Shown here one piece after another: positions 49,663 to 63,370 of a stretch of 64,000 bases of DNA. A program made the position numbers and the translations under genes. The notes below the pieces were generated by a model. It searched no databases. It was not told where the DNA came from and worked only from the letters and a program-made list of their open reading frames with translations. The DNA is from Oopsacas minuta (taxonomy: Eukaryota > Animalia > Porifera): positions 145,445-209,444 of the forward strand of contig JAKMXF010000315.1 in assembly GCA_024704765.1 (NCBI GenBank). Direction: 5' to 3'. How positions within the stretch are numbered: the stretch's first letter is position 1; each line of letters opens with the position of its first letter.

Positions 49663-51242
49663 GTATGTTTATAATTTTTCTTTGCCAATTACTGCGTGAT
49701 TATGCAATAATCATGCTCATTTTCAAAACTCTATTTACTGTCTTCAATATATTTGTTAAATCCCGTTTTGACGCTAAATGTACACAATTTTGGTCCCATA
49801 TTTGTATGTGAATTTTTTGGTATTTCCAATCAATATGCAATATGGAGTGAAACTCCACATAACCAAATGTATGCGTGATAATGCCTAAATAATAGAAAAG
49901 TATTGTCTGATGAATTCTATGTAGTGCTGATGTGAATCCAATTGCATTCATTGTAGAATATTTCTGTTGAAATTTGCGATAATTAAGCATTATGCTATCA
50001 TAATTTTTTTAATCTTTCAAACGCAATCTTATGATTTCATAAATTTACATTTTAATCCAAGTTTAACCTATAAATCTTGAGCATAACTCAGTTAAATCAT
50101 ATAATATTTCTGAATGTTATCTACTTTTGAATTGTATGTAATTCATTGTATTTAGCAATATTTCGCAGACCTGAGGCAATTGTAATTCTGTGTAATTGTA
50201 GTTGTAATAGTGACGATTACATTTTTCAATTATAGTGATGATCGTAATTAAGCTTTTATTCTTGGCAAGATTTGGTTTTACTTTTAACAAATTCCAAGAA
50301 AATGTTTTGATTCTATTTTGTTATCTACTAGCTATAATAACCAACAACAGAGTCTTCTACAATCGGTCCCACTGAAGTTGAAAACATCTGGTGTCCATTT
50401 TTATGTCTAATGTGAGTCGCCTCAGTTGTAATTGTATGTGTTCTAATTCAATTAACTTTCAGATCTACTTTATTGCTAAAATTCCTTACAATCAAATTCC
50501 CGCAGTTTTCATCTTGACCATATTTGGAAGGATTTTCCACAGGAACTCAAAAATTCCTCAGAAATATGACAACATTCGATTGTCAAATTTTGTCCAAACC
50601 CATCAAGTTACCGTGTTCGACATTGTTGGGATAACTGATCCTAGTTATTCACATAACTGACTCATAGCTATTTGAATGCCTCTAATTTTCCTTTTGTTGA
50701 AACATGAAATAGGACCTGCATTTGCTTATGTATTGCATATTTACTTGATCAACCTATGTAACTTGACCTCTTACAAGCTAAATCTATCAATAATTTCCCA
50801 TATTTTTTCTAACCACACCTAGCTAAATAAATAGACAAGATCTGATCAATTATCTAACTGTTTCTACAAATTTCTATTGAGATTGATCAGTTCTGATACC
50901 ATTTTTAATTCTACGGGGTCTGAATAATCCTGGTATCAATTCTTCGAAATTAGGTATCTTTGAAGCGAATTATATGTATTTGCATTGCTGGGAATAGAGT
51001 CAATATTGCAACATTTATTGCTTCTTCTGAAGTGGCGCATAGATATGTTCAGTAATACTACCAGTCAAGTAAGCTAATCGTTCTAATGAGCATGCTTAAT
51101 GGAAAACTCATACTGATGATTTATAGTTAGCATAATCATTAGACTTATTGTTGTATTGATACTAAGTGGGTTCCTAACCTACATATACGTGGAGCCTAGA
51201 AATATAGAACTAATCTGGAGCCAGGTTATTTCATTATAACTA

Positions 51243-52578
51243 CTACGGGCGTTCAATAAGTAGTCGTTATCACATTGTAATTCTAAATTTTTCTAGCATA
51301 ATTGTGTATTCAGTGATGGAGTTTGTCAAAGTATTGCCCTTCGTGCTGTAAAACCAATTTCAGCCTTTTTATCCAATCGAAAAATACTTTTTTGTAGTCT
51401 TCGGCTGGTATACCTTTCATATACTGGAAAATCGCTGATCCTATCTGAGCTTGACTCTCATATTTCCTGTCTATAGTTGTTTCTTTAGCTTTGGAAACAA
51501 CCAAAAGTCACAGGGAGCTAGATCTGGCGAGTAGGGAGGGTGATCTAGCTCCACAATCTTCATAGCTTCCAACTTTTCTCTAACCAGCTTTGTCTTGTGC
51601 GGTCGGGCGTTATCATGCAATATTCGCAATCCACGAGTTCCAGTCCTTGGCCGTCGATTTGGTAGAATTTTCCAACCTCTGTTAGACACTCATTGGTGTA
51701 GAAGGAGCCTGTTATAGTTTGGTATTTGGGGACACAATTCTAGCACACTTGACCATTAGAATAAAAAAATATACAGTACATAACCTTCGGGTCCCGAAAG
51801 TCATGTCGAGGGATTATTGGTGGGTCCTGTCCTTTTGCCACCCATACTTTGTTTGCTTCTTTTGAAAAAGGCTCAGAATAACGTACCCAAGTTTCGTCAC
51901 CTGTTACAATCTCAAATAACCTTCTGGAGTCAGCTCGCTCAAACTCAAAGAGCAATTTAGTAGCGCATTGGACCCTCTTTGCTTTCTGGGCCTGAGTTAG
52001 TAAATGCGGCACCCATCGAGCACATATCCTACGGAATTTCATATTATCATGTACAATAGCTTGAGCAGTTTCCGTTGAGATCCCAACCGCATCAGCTATC
52101 TCCACAAGCGTGAAATGAGGGCCTTCTTCAAGTAACGCAGATACCTCAAGGATATTTTTGTTACTGGCGCTGGAAACTGGTCTCCCTATTCTTACCCCAT
52201 CTTCAATGGACTCTCTACTTTCACGAAAGCGTCTAGCCCAATCAACAGCAGTGGAGTATGGAAGTGCTGTATTCTTTTAAACTTCCTCTAAATCTTTGTG
52301 GACATCTGTTGGTGAAACTTTGAGCAGTGTTCTGATCTTCACATATGTTCTCTGCACAATTTTGAAATCTGTACTTTTTGAAGCCATTAAAAATGTTACT
52401 ATAATAAACTGTCAGAATGTAAATAGGTACAATATTAGAACGAGACATCATAATCAAAACGCTTTGCATTATTGAATTCACAATGGATGGATTGTTATTA
52501 GAAAATTCAGCTTGATCTGGGTCGAAATATCCCGACTTACAAAATTTGGAGTAACGACTACTTATTGAACGCCCGTAG
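51243..52578 (-). mobile_element. Mariner (DD34D) element, ~1.34 kb, with perfect 27-bp TIRs
   Basis: ctacgggcgttcaataagtagtcgtta occurs inverted at both ends, each flanked by TA. Confidence 0.92.
51310..52387 (-). pseudogene. Mariner transposase with stops and frameshifts
   Basis: Reads MASKSTDFKIVQRTYVK, CARWVPHLL, VTGDETW, LHDNARPH, YSPDLAPCDFW, GQYFDK. Confidence 0.9.
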
Positions 52579-54919
52579 TATTATCCGGAAATGTAGGCAG
52601 AGTAGATGAAGGACCTACAAGCTATAAGAGTTCCGAAGTTCTAACTGTGAACGAAACTGGAACTGAAACCAAACGTAAAAGATAACGAAAATATGACTTC
52701 GCAAACGTCTGTATTTTGGAAATTTCTCCTTGTTGTCATAATTCGTTGTATAGAAATTTCATTTAGTTTCCATCAATTCTCTTTTGATATAGCACATTTT
52801 GTGAGTTGAGGGCTATTTTGAATTGAAAAATTCCATTCTAGTCAGGTGTCTTGAGTTAACAATCATGAAAGGTCGATATTATCATTAATATTGAGAGACT
52901 TGACCCATATCACGATTGGAGCCACCTCATACGGATACTTTTTCAATCCAAATTGCATTTTTATATATCGCGGTCTGTTAATTTGCCGACACATCCCGCA
53001 AGGGCTAACCTTTTCAAATCTCACCGAATCTACTATCGACCACCAGACCTGTCGTTAGCGTAAGATTTCCAGCGATTTGATAGTCACTTGACCATACTTG
53101 GACATATCCATATCAAGGCAGGAAATGACTCAGGAACGTAACAACATTCGATATTTAAATTTTGTCCAGACCCCATCGATTTTTGTCTCGTTCGACGCCA
53201 ATAGTAGAGCTTAGTCTGTTTATACACATATCAATCATATAATTTATCTTGCAAAACTGTTTTTCGAGTGACAACCATGATAAACTGGGAGCGAATAGTG
53301 AACTAGGCTATTTTTGTCATTTCGCAGATATTGATTAGGGTGAAAATTTAAATTTTTACATGTTGCTCAGGTAACTAAGACAATCAGTTTACATTATCAA
53401 GAAGAATGGTTATATATGCCGAAGCTGTTTGACAGATGATGAAATTTTGGTATTTACCCAATAATATTAGTGAACACCTATGGAAAGATAACATACCCAA
53501 TATCATGTTAATTGCATTGCGACTTCGATTAAACCGCAAAATTTACTCAGTAGTTGACTAAAATGAACTTAATAGAGTTTGTGACCCAATATTGACTGAA
53601 AATACTATAGGCCAATTCGGATCAAAAACCATACCGTATGCTACTTTGAAAACAGTGGAGATTGGATGATAAAATGAATAATCATATTTTCAACTAAATT
53701 TTGCATATAATTTGAAGTTTTCATTCTATGTTAATATTCACATCTAGATAAACTGATCTAATTTTTTGGGAATGAGGCCCTAACAAATGACCAAAAATCG
53801 GGAGTTTAGACTTTTTAGCGGAAGATTAAATAAAAATCAGCTTGTTATTTGAATAAATCTATAGTCTATCTTTGGAAAATTTTGATATGACACCAATATT
53901 TCAACAGAAACTAGAATATACAGTTTATTCTCGTTACAATTTAGTGCTAGGGACCAGATTTCACTTGTATAAGCTGAGTAAAACCAATTACTTTCAAAAT
54001 ACAGGTTAGGGAATCCCTTTCTTCTAATGGAAGTTTCGTTCCAAAGTATTGAAGTAAAATTGTTTAATATTGTAAATATACCATAGCTGCCGAATCAGGT
54101 GATGGAGGGGCTCGAGCCCTCTTCGCTTCCTTACAACCCCTCAACTAGTACAAATAATATTTGGGGTGAGCCTCCCTCGGGATCGTTCAAGGTATTAGGT
54201 ATTTTGGCGGGACTGCATACTACTACTAGAAAGAAACAGAAAAAGGTTAAATTGCCCGTACAGTATATCCGATTTAACAAAAGCAATACAAAAACAAATC
54301 GCCCCTGTTCTTAATCCTCTTGAGAGTTTTCGCTTAAACAATGTTTTTTCTTTATGAATATGATCTAACAAGCTAATCTGACCAGAATGTAATGTTCCTA
54401 GATAGCATATGTAGGATCAGAAGCCTTTCCCAAAATACATATTACCGAATGAAACACAAAAATCAACAACAGCATAATCATAAACCATGACACTGCTTGC
54501 TCTTCTTTTGAGAATTAGTAGTGTTAAAATTTCAAGACAATAATAGATTTAAGAAAGTTTCCTTTCTGGAAAGTGGAAGTAGTGGAAGCAGAAACATTGT
54601 TCTCTAAAATATTTTCTAAATAATTTACAAGTGAAAGGGATGAATAAATATATCAGCTAAATGGAATCCCCGACCTTTAAAAGTTCGGGTAAAACGAAAT
54701 CGAGGTAAATAATGGCCATGCTCATAGTAACATATATTTACCTAATAGATGCATACCTATTAATTTTCAAATGAAATATTGTTTGAAGTCATAATGGATA
54801 TATATTTGTAAAATATATAAATTCGAAACATGTATAAAATCAAATCTGTTTATGGGTATTGTATTATCTTAGCTAGCTAAATCGTTTCTAGGTGTTCTGA
54901 TTTATTTATTTTTTATCTA

Positions 54920-56100
54920 GTATCTATTAATTCGAACTCATCCTCTTCTGTGTCAGAAAATTCTTGAGTTGTGTTTGATTTTTCTATTCTCATAGAGTTT
55001 GGTTGAATCTATGCAAAGTAGAGTGTTCCAGTTTCTTTTGTTCTCTTTGTGGAGCTCCTGGTATTACGAAATAGACTCTTCCAATTTTTGTTTAACTTCA
55101 AAGCTCCTTGTTATTGATTTATCATTTTCAGTCAGGATTTCGCTAGCTTCATTGATTAAACTAAAAACTTTATCCACCTATGCCAAAATTAATTCATTAT
55201 GGGCTTTTATAGTGTTTTCCACTGACTCTTATTGATGTTAGATTTTATTCTTAATCCAGCTCAACAAAATCCTCGAAACTTGTATCTTGAACTTTGTACT
55301 CTAAGATTTCATTCACATCCTGACTCTGAACCTCATTGATTCCATACTCTTTGCTAGTTCCGAGATTTCACCAATATATAGTGTAACATCTTCTAAGACA
55401 ATGTTATTATTCACACATTCGGGCCATTTCTATTTCCAAACTCTATTAATAGTTCTTTGCTAAACATCATACCATTCACCAGAAATCAGTTCATCGCATT
55501 ACAAATATTCATCATCTAGGGTGTCTATCAACTTAGAAGAGATCTTTTTAGATGATAGCGTTTGAATGTTGCAATGACACCTTGGTCCATTGGTTGGATC
55601 AATGATGTCGTGATCTTCGGAAGATATTCTGCTCCAACATGAAGCGAGTCTAAATACTTTGGATGTCATAGTGCATTGTCTATGAGTAGGAGGGCTTTAT
55701 AAGGTATATTATTTGCCTAACAATAAATTTCTACTGCTGGACCAATACGTTAGTTAACCAGTTGCTAAAAACGCTGATTGTCACCCATGCCTTTTTATTA
55801 GTATGCCAATATACCGGAAGGTGTGGTTTTGAATGCACCTCGAAAGCTCTAGGGTTTCCAAATGATCAACTAGCATAGATTTGAGCTTAAAGTTACCCGC
55901 AGTATTTCCCACTAATAAAAGTGTAAGACGATCTTTCGCAGTTTTGATTTCTTCTGCCACCTTATCTTCAGCTGAAATATTTTACCATTTGCAAGTCACC
56001 ACTGAATGCCATTCAAGGAAATTTGGATGAATCATAGATAATACACTCTTAACATTTTATTTCTTCGGTGAATTTAGTGCCAAGTATATTCTGTTTCATT
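54920..56100 (-). pseudogene. Second pogo/Tigger transposase relic
   Basis: Reads KTAKDRLTLLLVGNTAGNFKLK, LPVYWHTNKKAWVT, ALLLIDNA (D), SLIQPMDQGVIATFK (D), and a C-terminal EASEILTEND..RSFEVKQKL. Confidence 0.8.
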
Positions 56101-56759
56101 TATGCCCAGTATATTCTGTCGCGTAGCCATCATTAGCACTTTTGCTGTTAAATTAATACTTAGGCTAATTTGGAGCACTAAGGTGTCGCCCAGCGACCTA
56201 GCAAGCGAAGCGCGCTAGTACAGATTCAATGTGTTATCTGATGTGCGATCCGCCCTGTGCCTGTACGTGGCCTGTCTGTGTCTGACGTTGCAACCGATCC
56301 TTGTTATTCCGTAAGAAGAGCCATCAGGAAAATATGATTATGTTTGCCTATTTATGAAGATTGATTACACAGGTATCAAGGCATTTCGTCAAACGATTGT
56401 GAGGCGAGGCTAGCTATGAGGGTAAATGAAGGAATCCAGAGCTTCGGTTCTAGTTGATGATGTATTTATATTGGCTTTGTATTTTATATTTTATTAATGT
56501 ACATAGGCGTACTATTAGTAGTTGAAAACTAATCTGCAAGTTTGGGCAATGGTGAAAATTGGAATGTACGTTTTTAACATTCTCAACTCCTCTAGATGAT
56601 TATGGATTTTTCCTAATATATTTCATTGAATCTACTTTTAATTTTTGTGTCCTATTTTGTACAACAAGTAGTATATTGTGATTACATTTTTTAATACACA
56701 GTATATTACATTTTGGAATTCTTACGTTACTTTTTGGATAATATGTAGGATATTCCAAG

Positions 56760-58740
56760 TCATTTCACCATGTCATTTACCTACCTCCTCCGATTTGATC
56801 CAGTGTTTGTGAGTTAATCATTGACTTACCAGTAATTAATTTTGAGTTTCAAATCATTAGGTTACATGGTTATAGTGTTATTACATTGCAAATTTTAAAT
56901 TTTTTCGATTTTAGAAACTTACGTCCCTGATAACAACTAGTATATAATTCTGAGTGTCATATTTTTGTCAATAAAACTTGCACTTAGGTATCAACAAAAG
57001 GATCTGGAGATTTCATTAAAAATTTAATAGGATTGTTTCTGCACATATACTGCCCAAAACTGAAACTGTTACCAGAAGTTAGCTCAGATTCAGGGAGATT
57101 TCAGGAACTTTAATTTCTCCATTTTGAATGATATATTTAGTGTTTTTTTTCTGATTGTATCCAGTTTCCTTCACTTCCTATGTTTTCATTTGAAATCATT
57201 AGCAGTTATCCGTAATTGGCCACCATAATACCAATTTATTCAAGTAATTCCTACATTCCAAATAAATTGTACCGGATACTTTGTAATACAGGACTTACAA
57301 GTATTATTCACCACTGATGGCAAGTAGAGGGCTATGTTTTCGAATATATGGCCGAAGCAGCTTTTATATTTAGTATATGTCATTTGAATGTATTACCAAC
57401 TTATATATATATACGGTAACCGCGGACACGCTTGTCAATTCAATAATTTGCTAGGTGATCATCTGAACACGAAATACGGTACTTTTGGATGATTTTGGAG
57501 TAGTTTGATGGTGTTTTTCTCTGTAATTTGTAAGTTCAAACTTCGACATTTACTTGATATTACTATATCATGCAGTTGTTTCGGAAAATTGTATGGAAAT
57601 TTAGATGGAATCCTTACACATTTCTCTGTTGCAATTCAAATATATATGAACTGATTCTAGCCATCTGAAAGAAAATTGATGATAGATGTATACTTTAGAC
57701 ATTTATGTGTTCGTAATATGTCATTTCCTATTCAGGAATAATATAGTTATGACATCTAACTTTTATGGTCAATAAGTTGTTTCACATATATATTGATTGT
57801 CCATATATTATAAGTGACTAAATAATATAATAACGTTTCAAGTTATTTACCAAAACTGTATTATTGATGAATAGTAAGTCACCTATTGCGCGGATGCACT
57901 AGTGTCAAAAGTAAATGTCTATCGTCAATATTTTTCAGAAATGGCTAGAATCTGTTCATATATATTTGAATCGTAACAGAAAAAATGTGTAAGGACCAAC
58001 AAAATTTCCACTTTTTTTCAAAATTACTGATATAATGATTTCAAGTAAATATTGAAGGAAATAAAACCCTCTGAACTACTCCAAATTCGTTCATCAGTAT
58101 CTTATTTAGTGGTAAGATGATCATCTGGTGAATTATTGAATTGACAAATTGTCCGCGGTTACCATATTTATATATGCTGGTAGTGCATTTACGGACACAC
58201 CTTTAATATTTGACCTGTTTGAACCATATATTCGAAAGTATAGCCCTATAATTACATTCCATAGTTGATAATAGGTGTAAGTCCTAGATTACGAAATCCC
58301 GGTATAATTCATTTGGAATTTTAGCATTATTTAAATAACATTGGTGAATTATCGTTGTCAATTACAGACAATTGTTAATGACTTCAAGTGAACACATGGG
58401 AAGTGAAAGAAACCGGCTTGAATCTGTAATTCAAAAGGGATAAATTTATGTTCCTGAAATCTCCCTGAATGCTATGTCATAGTTCCGATTTCACTTCCGG
58501 TAACAGTTTCAGTTTCACTTTTGAATCAGTATATGCCTCCAAATCATTTCAATTATTCTTATGAAATCTCCAGAGCCCAGATCCTTTTGTTGATAGATGG
58601 AAGTTTTTGTGACGATAAGATGAAACTCACAATAATATACTAGTTGTAACTCATACATCATTAATGTTATGTCAATGAGTATCGACTCACAATGTTTGAA
58701 GCAAATCCGAGGAGGTGAAATGACCAGATTATTTGACTCG
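56760..58740. repeat. Large non-coding foldback element (~2 kb, arms ~0.85-0.95 kb, spacer ~190 bp)
   Basis: Collinear inverted matches: tatcaacaaaaggatctgg / ccagatccttttgttgata; attcagggagatttcaggaac / gttcctgaaatctccctgaat; ggtaaccgcggaca / tgtccgcggttacc; atgaactgattctagccat / atggctagaatctgttcat. Confidence 0.8.
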
Positions 58741-59347
58741 AATTCCCATATGGAATCATTACATTGTTCTAGGTAAGTAGTAGAATACTACATGATGGCA
58801 TACTTGTCGTCATAATTGTCCTGAATTTTGTGTTCCAAGATAGTGTAAATATTCTACTTCGCGTGATTTCCCGCTAAATTTGTGCCTTCAGTCCAGCTGT
58901 ATCTCCACTTATGTTGGCAAGTATATCATAAATTCATGAGACTTATAATCTTATCATGGGGAACCAAATAAACATACTAATTTGAATCGCTCAATAGAAG
59001 AGCGTATTGAATATTGATTCAAGTATTTTTCGAAAAACGATGAGCCTAGTGATATAATGCATAATTACACGTTAATAAACATCGACAAAATTCTACTATA
59101 CATGACCTTATACCTTCAGAATATATTAGGTATTTCACGAATAAAAGAGAATCACCTCGGTGACACTGTAAAGTGTATACAAACAAAAAGTCACGCCCAC
59201 ATTATCGACTCTATACTTTGGAAGTTATTGTAAACCTAATTTGAGTAAACAGAATGTAAATTTCAAAAATGCCTGAAAGTTATATTTCTTTGGTGCAAGA
59301 ATTCATTGGTATTTCAAATACTTACTGTTTAAAATGCTAATATATCT

Positions 59348-59564
59348 CATACTTTCTAACCTTCCAGGGATCCCCGGATTATCCCGGAACTAAACCTATG
59401 ATCCAAGAGAAGAATTGCTATAAAGAACAGGTTATTTATAGGAAATTTCGGGCTTCTGTTCTCTTAAATCAGGGAGATATCATATAATTAGCATAGAAAA
59501 TTAAAAATCCAGGGATTTCAAGGAAAATATCTCGGTAAATCGTTACAAAGGGTTGGTAAGTATG
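59348..59564. mobile_element. Small hAT-like MITE remnant
   Basis: Ends are catactttctaacc and ggttggtaagtatg, with internal cccgg/ccggga motifs. No TSD. Confidence 0.4.
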
Positions 59565-60539
59565 AAGTCATTTATAGATAATACGAGAATTGCAAAAAAT
59601 GTACACAAGGAAATTTCAAAAATCTGTCTAAAAAAGTTATATTTTTAGTAGCTGAGATCCCTTGGTAGTAAAAATCTGTTGGTAAACTATAAAATCTCAA
59701 GTGTTAATTGAAATTTCAGTTTAAATTGATAAGAATCCGTCGAACACCCTCCGCCACACCAGGAACGACCCCTATAATTTTTGCAAGTACCTAGTACGTA
59801 TATACATAGTTGCTATGGCGTATAAGAACATTATCACTATTGTAGAGAAAGTCATATTATAACCGATAATACATGTTTTATTGCCGCGATATATAATTCA
59901 TACTATTGGACTGCATAAATTCTAAGTTGTAAATTAGTGTAAATTAGTGGTCATTTATACTAATTTACTATAAATAATGCCTATTATGTTGGAAATTTAC
60001 CTTATGACTAGACAAAACCTAATATTTGTGTTAGCTAGTCTGTTCTGATTGTGGAGAGTAAATATGCTTATGATTTCTAATGAGTGTGACATTACGAATG
60101 ACTTGAAACAGGGCTGGGATTGGTTAACCGATTCGAAGCGATGATGAAGACCTTTTTGATAATAGCGGTAAACAGGTTTACTACTGAATTATTTAAGTAT
60201 AAGGAAATATAAGCTGAAATCTTTATACTTTCTTTCAAATTGCTTGGGTATATCAGTGGAGACAACCCGAAACTTTTTTCTCCGTTAAAGCCCTATAGCC
60301 AAAACTGGATAGAATTAATTTGATATATGGTGTGATAAATATTGAAGATATTCGTTGAGTGTACTTTTCCCCATTGCTAATCAATCGAACACCATATGCC
60401 ACCATTTCACACTAGTTAAACTTATGTCTGGCCACAGGCAAAAATTACCCATCTGTATATTTTGCATGAATATTTTGTGGAACTTTGATTAAATGAGGAA
60501 AAAGGCAAATTTAGATGAAAGTTCTACTAAAATGTCTTC

Positions 60540-63370
60540 TGTCGAATTTTGATCGAAAATGTAAATCTTTGATCGAGAATTAAGATTTTTGATTTGAAAG
60601 TATAGAACTTTGATCGAAAAATGAGAACTTGTATTTATCACATAAATTCACGAATTATGCAATTTGGTTAACTAACATGGGATTTCTTTTAACAATTCGG
60701 GAACTAGTGTTACGTGAAAATATCTGTGGCAGAAATCAGCCCAATAAATGTAACGTCATCTGAAATTATTGATTGGACGACTAATCTGATCTAGTGAGTA
60801 AAAATTTGGGCTGAAATCATCCCTTTGACCTCATTGTTAGATTATTACGATCGCAAATTTAGTGTTAGATTCAATGTGTGTGTCCCATCTTTAAACTTCA
60901 TCGCATTGGCTTAGTTGCTCAGCTATTTATTTTGGAGTTTTTACTGTGCTGACTATACTTTAATATGAGGCTCAGTATTGATCTCAGTGCTTATTTGCTT
61001 TATATTTTTTTCTCTCTTGTTTTCGTTTTCGTTCTCCAGCCCACGCCGTTTATGAGTAAGAACTCAAATTTATCAAAGGGTCAGAGTGAGTCTGTGCCAC
61101 CTATAGATTTGTACCTTGGTATACGTTTTTTGATCTGACCCGATTTGCCACTTCTGTGTCACTATAAATTTACCATTGAAATTGTATTCTAGAAATTTCC
61201 AATGGTCTGATTTCACAACTTTATTTCTTTGAATATTTTAACTGTGGTATTTAGAATTATCTTATCAATGGTTTGTATCGTTTCTTAAAGTATTTTTCCA
61301 TGTTTTATACATCGCTCTTATTCATCTCAATCAATGGAATATAGTGTTGTTGAAGGCAAAAACATTGGTTCTATTAACTATGGATGTCAAAGCTATAGAT
61401 ATTATCAGTCCTCCTCGTCTTCAACATCCATTTTTTGTGGTGTACTCCTTGGAGGTGCAAAGGAATTGAATGTCCTGGTACAGGACTAATTGATCTCACA
61501 ACTAATCTTTTACCAAAAACAAGATCATAATCACACTTAAGTCACCTACGAATCCACTGTAATAGTTCTGAATAATGCATTCAAACCTGCTGCAGAATGG
61601 TCAACATCAAATCTAAGAGAAATCTTTGATGATATGACTTCTACGTATCAAGCAGGTGCATTAGTGAGTTTTGGAAATGTTCGAAATAAGATAGTTAAGA
61701 AGGAGACTTGAATTACCAGGGAATCCTCTAGCGCCTAAACAATTTGAAGTAATGATCAAACAACAAGCCGATTTACACACTTTTTCTGATTAATGATAAT
61801 CTCATCAGACTGCTCTGCTGCTTTATTCTGGTCTGAATTTATGTGTGAATCTCTGAAGAACACTGATGCGACCAATTTTGATGCAACATTTTTTGTTGTC
61901 CCCAAATTATTTTACCAGTGGTTTACTATTTTCCTACAAGAACTTTATCATGCTTTGCCAGCCATACATATTTTGATGTCAACAAATCAGTATATCTCTA
62001 TGACACTGTTCTGCAAAATGTAGCAGAATTTATGCCTGATTTTAAACCAAAATTCGCTGTCGGTGATGACGAAAGGCATCGAGAAATTCATTTCGCACAG
62101 CTTTCAATTCGATAGAAGTATCAGGATGCCTATTTCATTTTTCGAGAGCTAATTGGAAAAGATTAACAAAGCTACATCTCACCTCTTCATATACAAAAAA
62201 AGAACTCTGAGTTTAATGGATGGGTCAAGTCTATTATGGTACTTCCCATGTTACCTGAAAAAGAAATTATCTGAAGTTGCTCTACAAAATATGAATGACC
62301 ATGAGGTTATTAATCTTCAAAGCCTTAAGAGTTACATAAAGAGGTTTTGGATTAAAAGGAATGATTTATCAATATCTGGTTCTTTTCAAACAACTATCAA
62401 CTGTTCTGAAGTATATAATCGGGGTTTAAAGTCTTTCATCCGTGTAAAAAGCCTAACCTATGGGCATTCATGGAATGTTTCAAAAAGACGCTGAAAGAAT
62501 ATCTTCTTGAATACCAGAGAATGAAGGATGGCCCAGAAATTGGCGAGCGAAGTCCAAAGGATATATATATATACAGAGAAAATTAGAAACAAATGTAAAG
62601 AAAAGAATACATACCACTAGAATATATTAAAGAAATTTCAAATACTATTGGTAATCTACAATTTCGAACTTAATCGGGATCTACGGAATTGGAGGAAAGT
62701 ATAGATGAAACTTCTGATAGTTCAAGCGATGTAGAATAAATGGTGAAGAATCTTTGTATCATTAGTTTGAACTGTAGAGATCTAACGTTTGTCTTCATAC
62801 CTTGTGGACATGCTAATGTATGCGGAAATTTTTACTGAATTTCACGATCGGTGATAGATGTCCAGTTTGTCATTCTATTATAATGAGCAAGATGCAGATT
62901 TTCCAATAGCAAAGTCAATCCTACGTTTGACACATCAGTTTTAACTGAATATTGAATGAGCTTTATGTGATAATATATTGTAGTTTAGTGATGATATATT
63001 ATCTAAAGTTAGATAGCGAATTTTACTTTATAGTTATATTCCCCATATGGTATTAGAATGTAGAAGTAATGTATGTGTCATAAGTGTTCTATCTTAAGTT
63101 GTTTAATAAGTCTATCAGTGAAGACGTATTACGTAGAACACGTATTAGTAGTTCAATCAATAATTTTGGTAACGTAACTTCTTTTGGGCTGATTTCTGAA
63201 ACAGATATTTTGCACGTAAACACTAGTTCCTGAATTGTTAAAAAGAATTCTCATGTTAGTTAATAAAATTACATAATTCGTGATATTCATATGATAGATG
63301 CAATTTCTCATTTTTTCGATCAAGATTCTACAATTTTCGATCCAAGTTCGGGATAAGAAATTGATCAGAA
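60540..63370 (+). mobile_element. Mutator-like element (MULE) with ~250-bp diverged TIRs
   Basis: 60540-60790 matches the reverse complement of 63140-63370 (e.g. ggaactagtgttacgtgaaaatatctgtggcagaaatcagccc versus gggctgatttctgaaacagatattttgcacgtaaacactagttcc). ttgatcgaaaa sub-repeats lie in the arms. The outer tips are unresolved. Confidence 0.75.
61440..62909 (+). pseudogene. MULE transposase relic: FLYWCH-like finger, DDE domain and C-terminal RING-HC finger
   Basis: Motifs: WRCKGIECPGTG..HNH; NFDATFFVVPKLFYQWFTI (D); VGDDER (D); GCLFHFSRA (CxxH, 62124-62150); TTINCSEVYNR (E). From 62491 one frame runs to LCIISLN..FVFIPCGHANVCGNF, then after a frameshift DRCPVCHSIIMSKMQIFQ*. Confidence 0.8.

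Noticed and set aside
50850-51050. Possible second MULE fragment on the minus strand (SEEAINVAI..LFP..QI)
   Set aside because: It is a single weak motif and lacks the CxxH.
786-54314. Most 60-130 aa ORFs in the track, such as antisense ORFs over transposases and ORFs within palindromes
   Set aside because: They are shadow frames of TE sequence or chance ORFs with no recognisable domain. The similarity between 35292-35495 and 36306-36512 is explained by the DNA palindrome.
56200-56225. Helitron 3' end (GC-rich stretch ending gcgcgctagt)
   Set aside because: There is no convincing hairpin, 5' TC end or Rep/helicase sequence.
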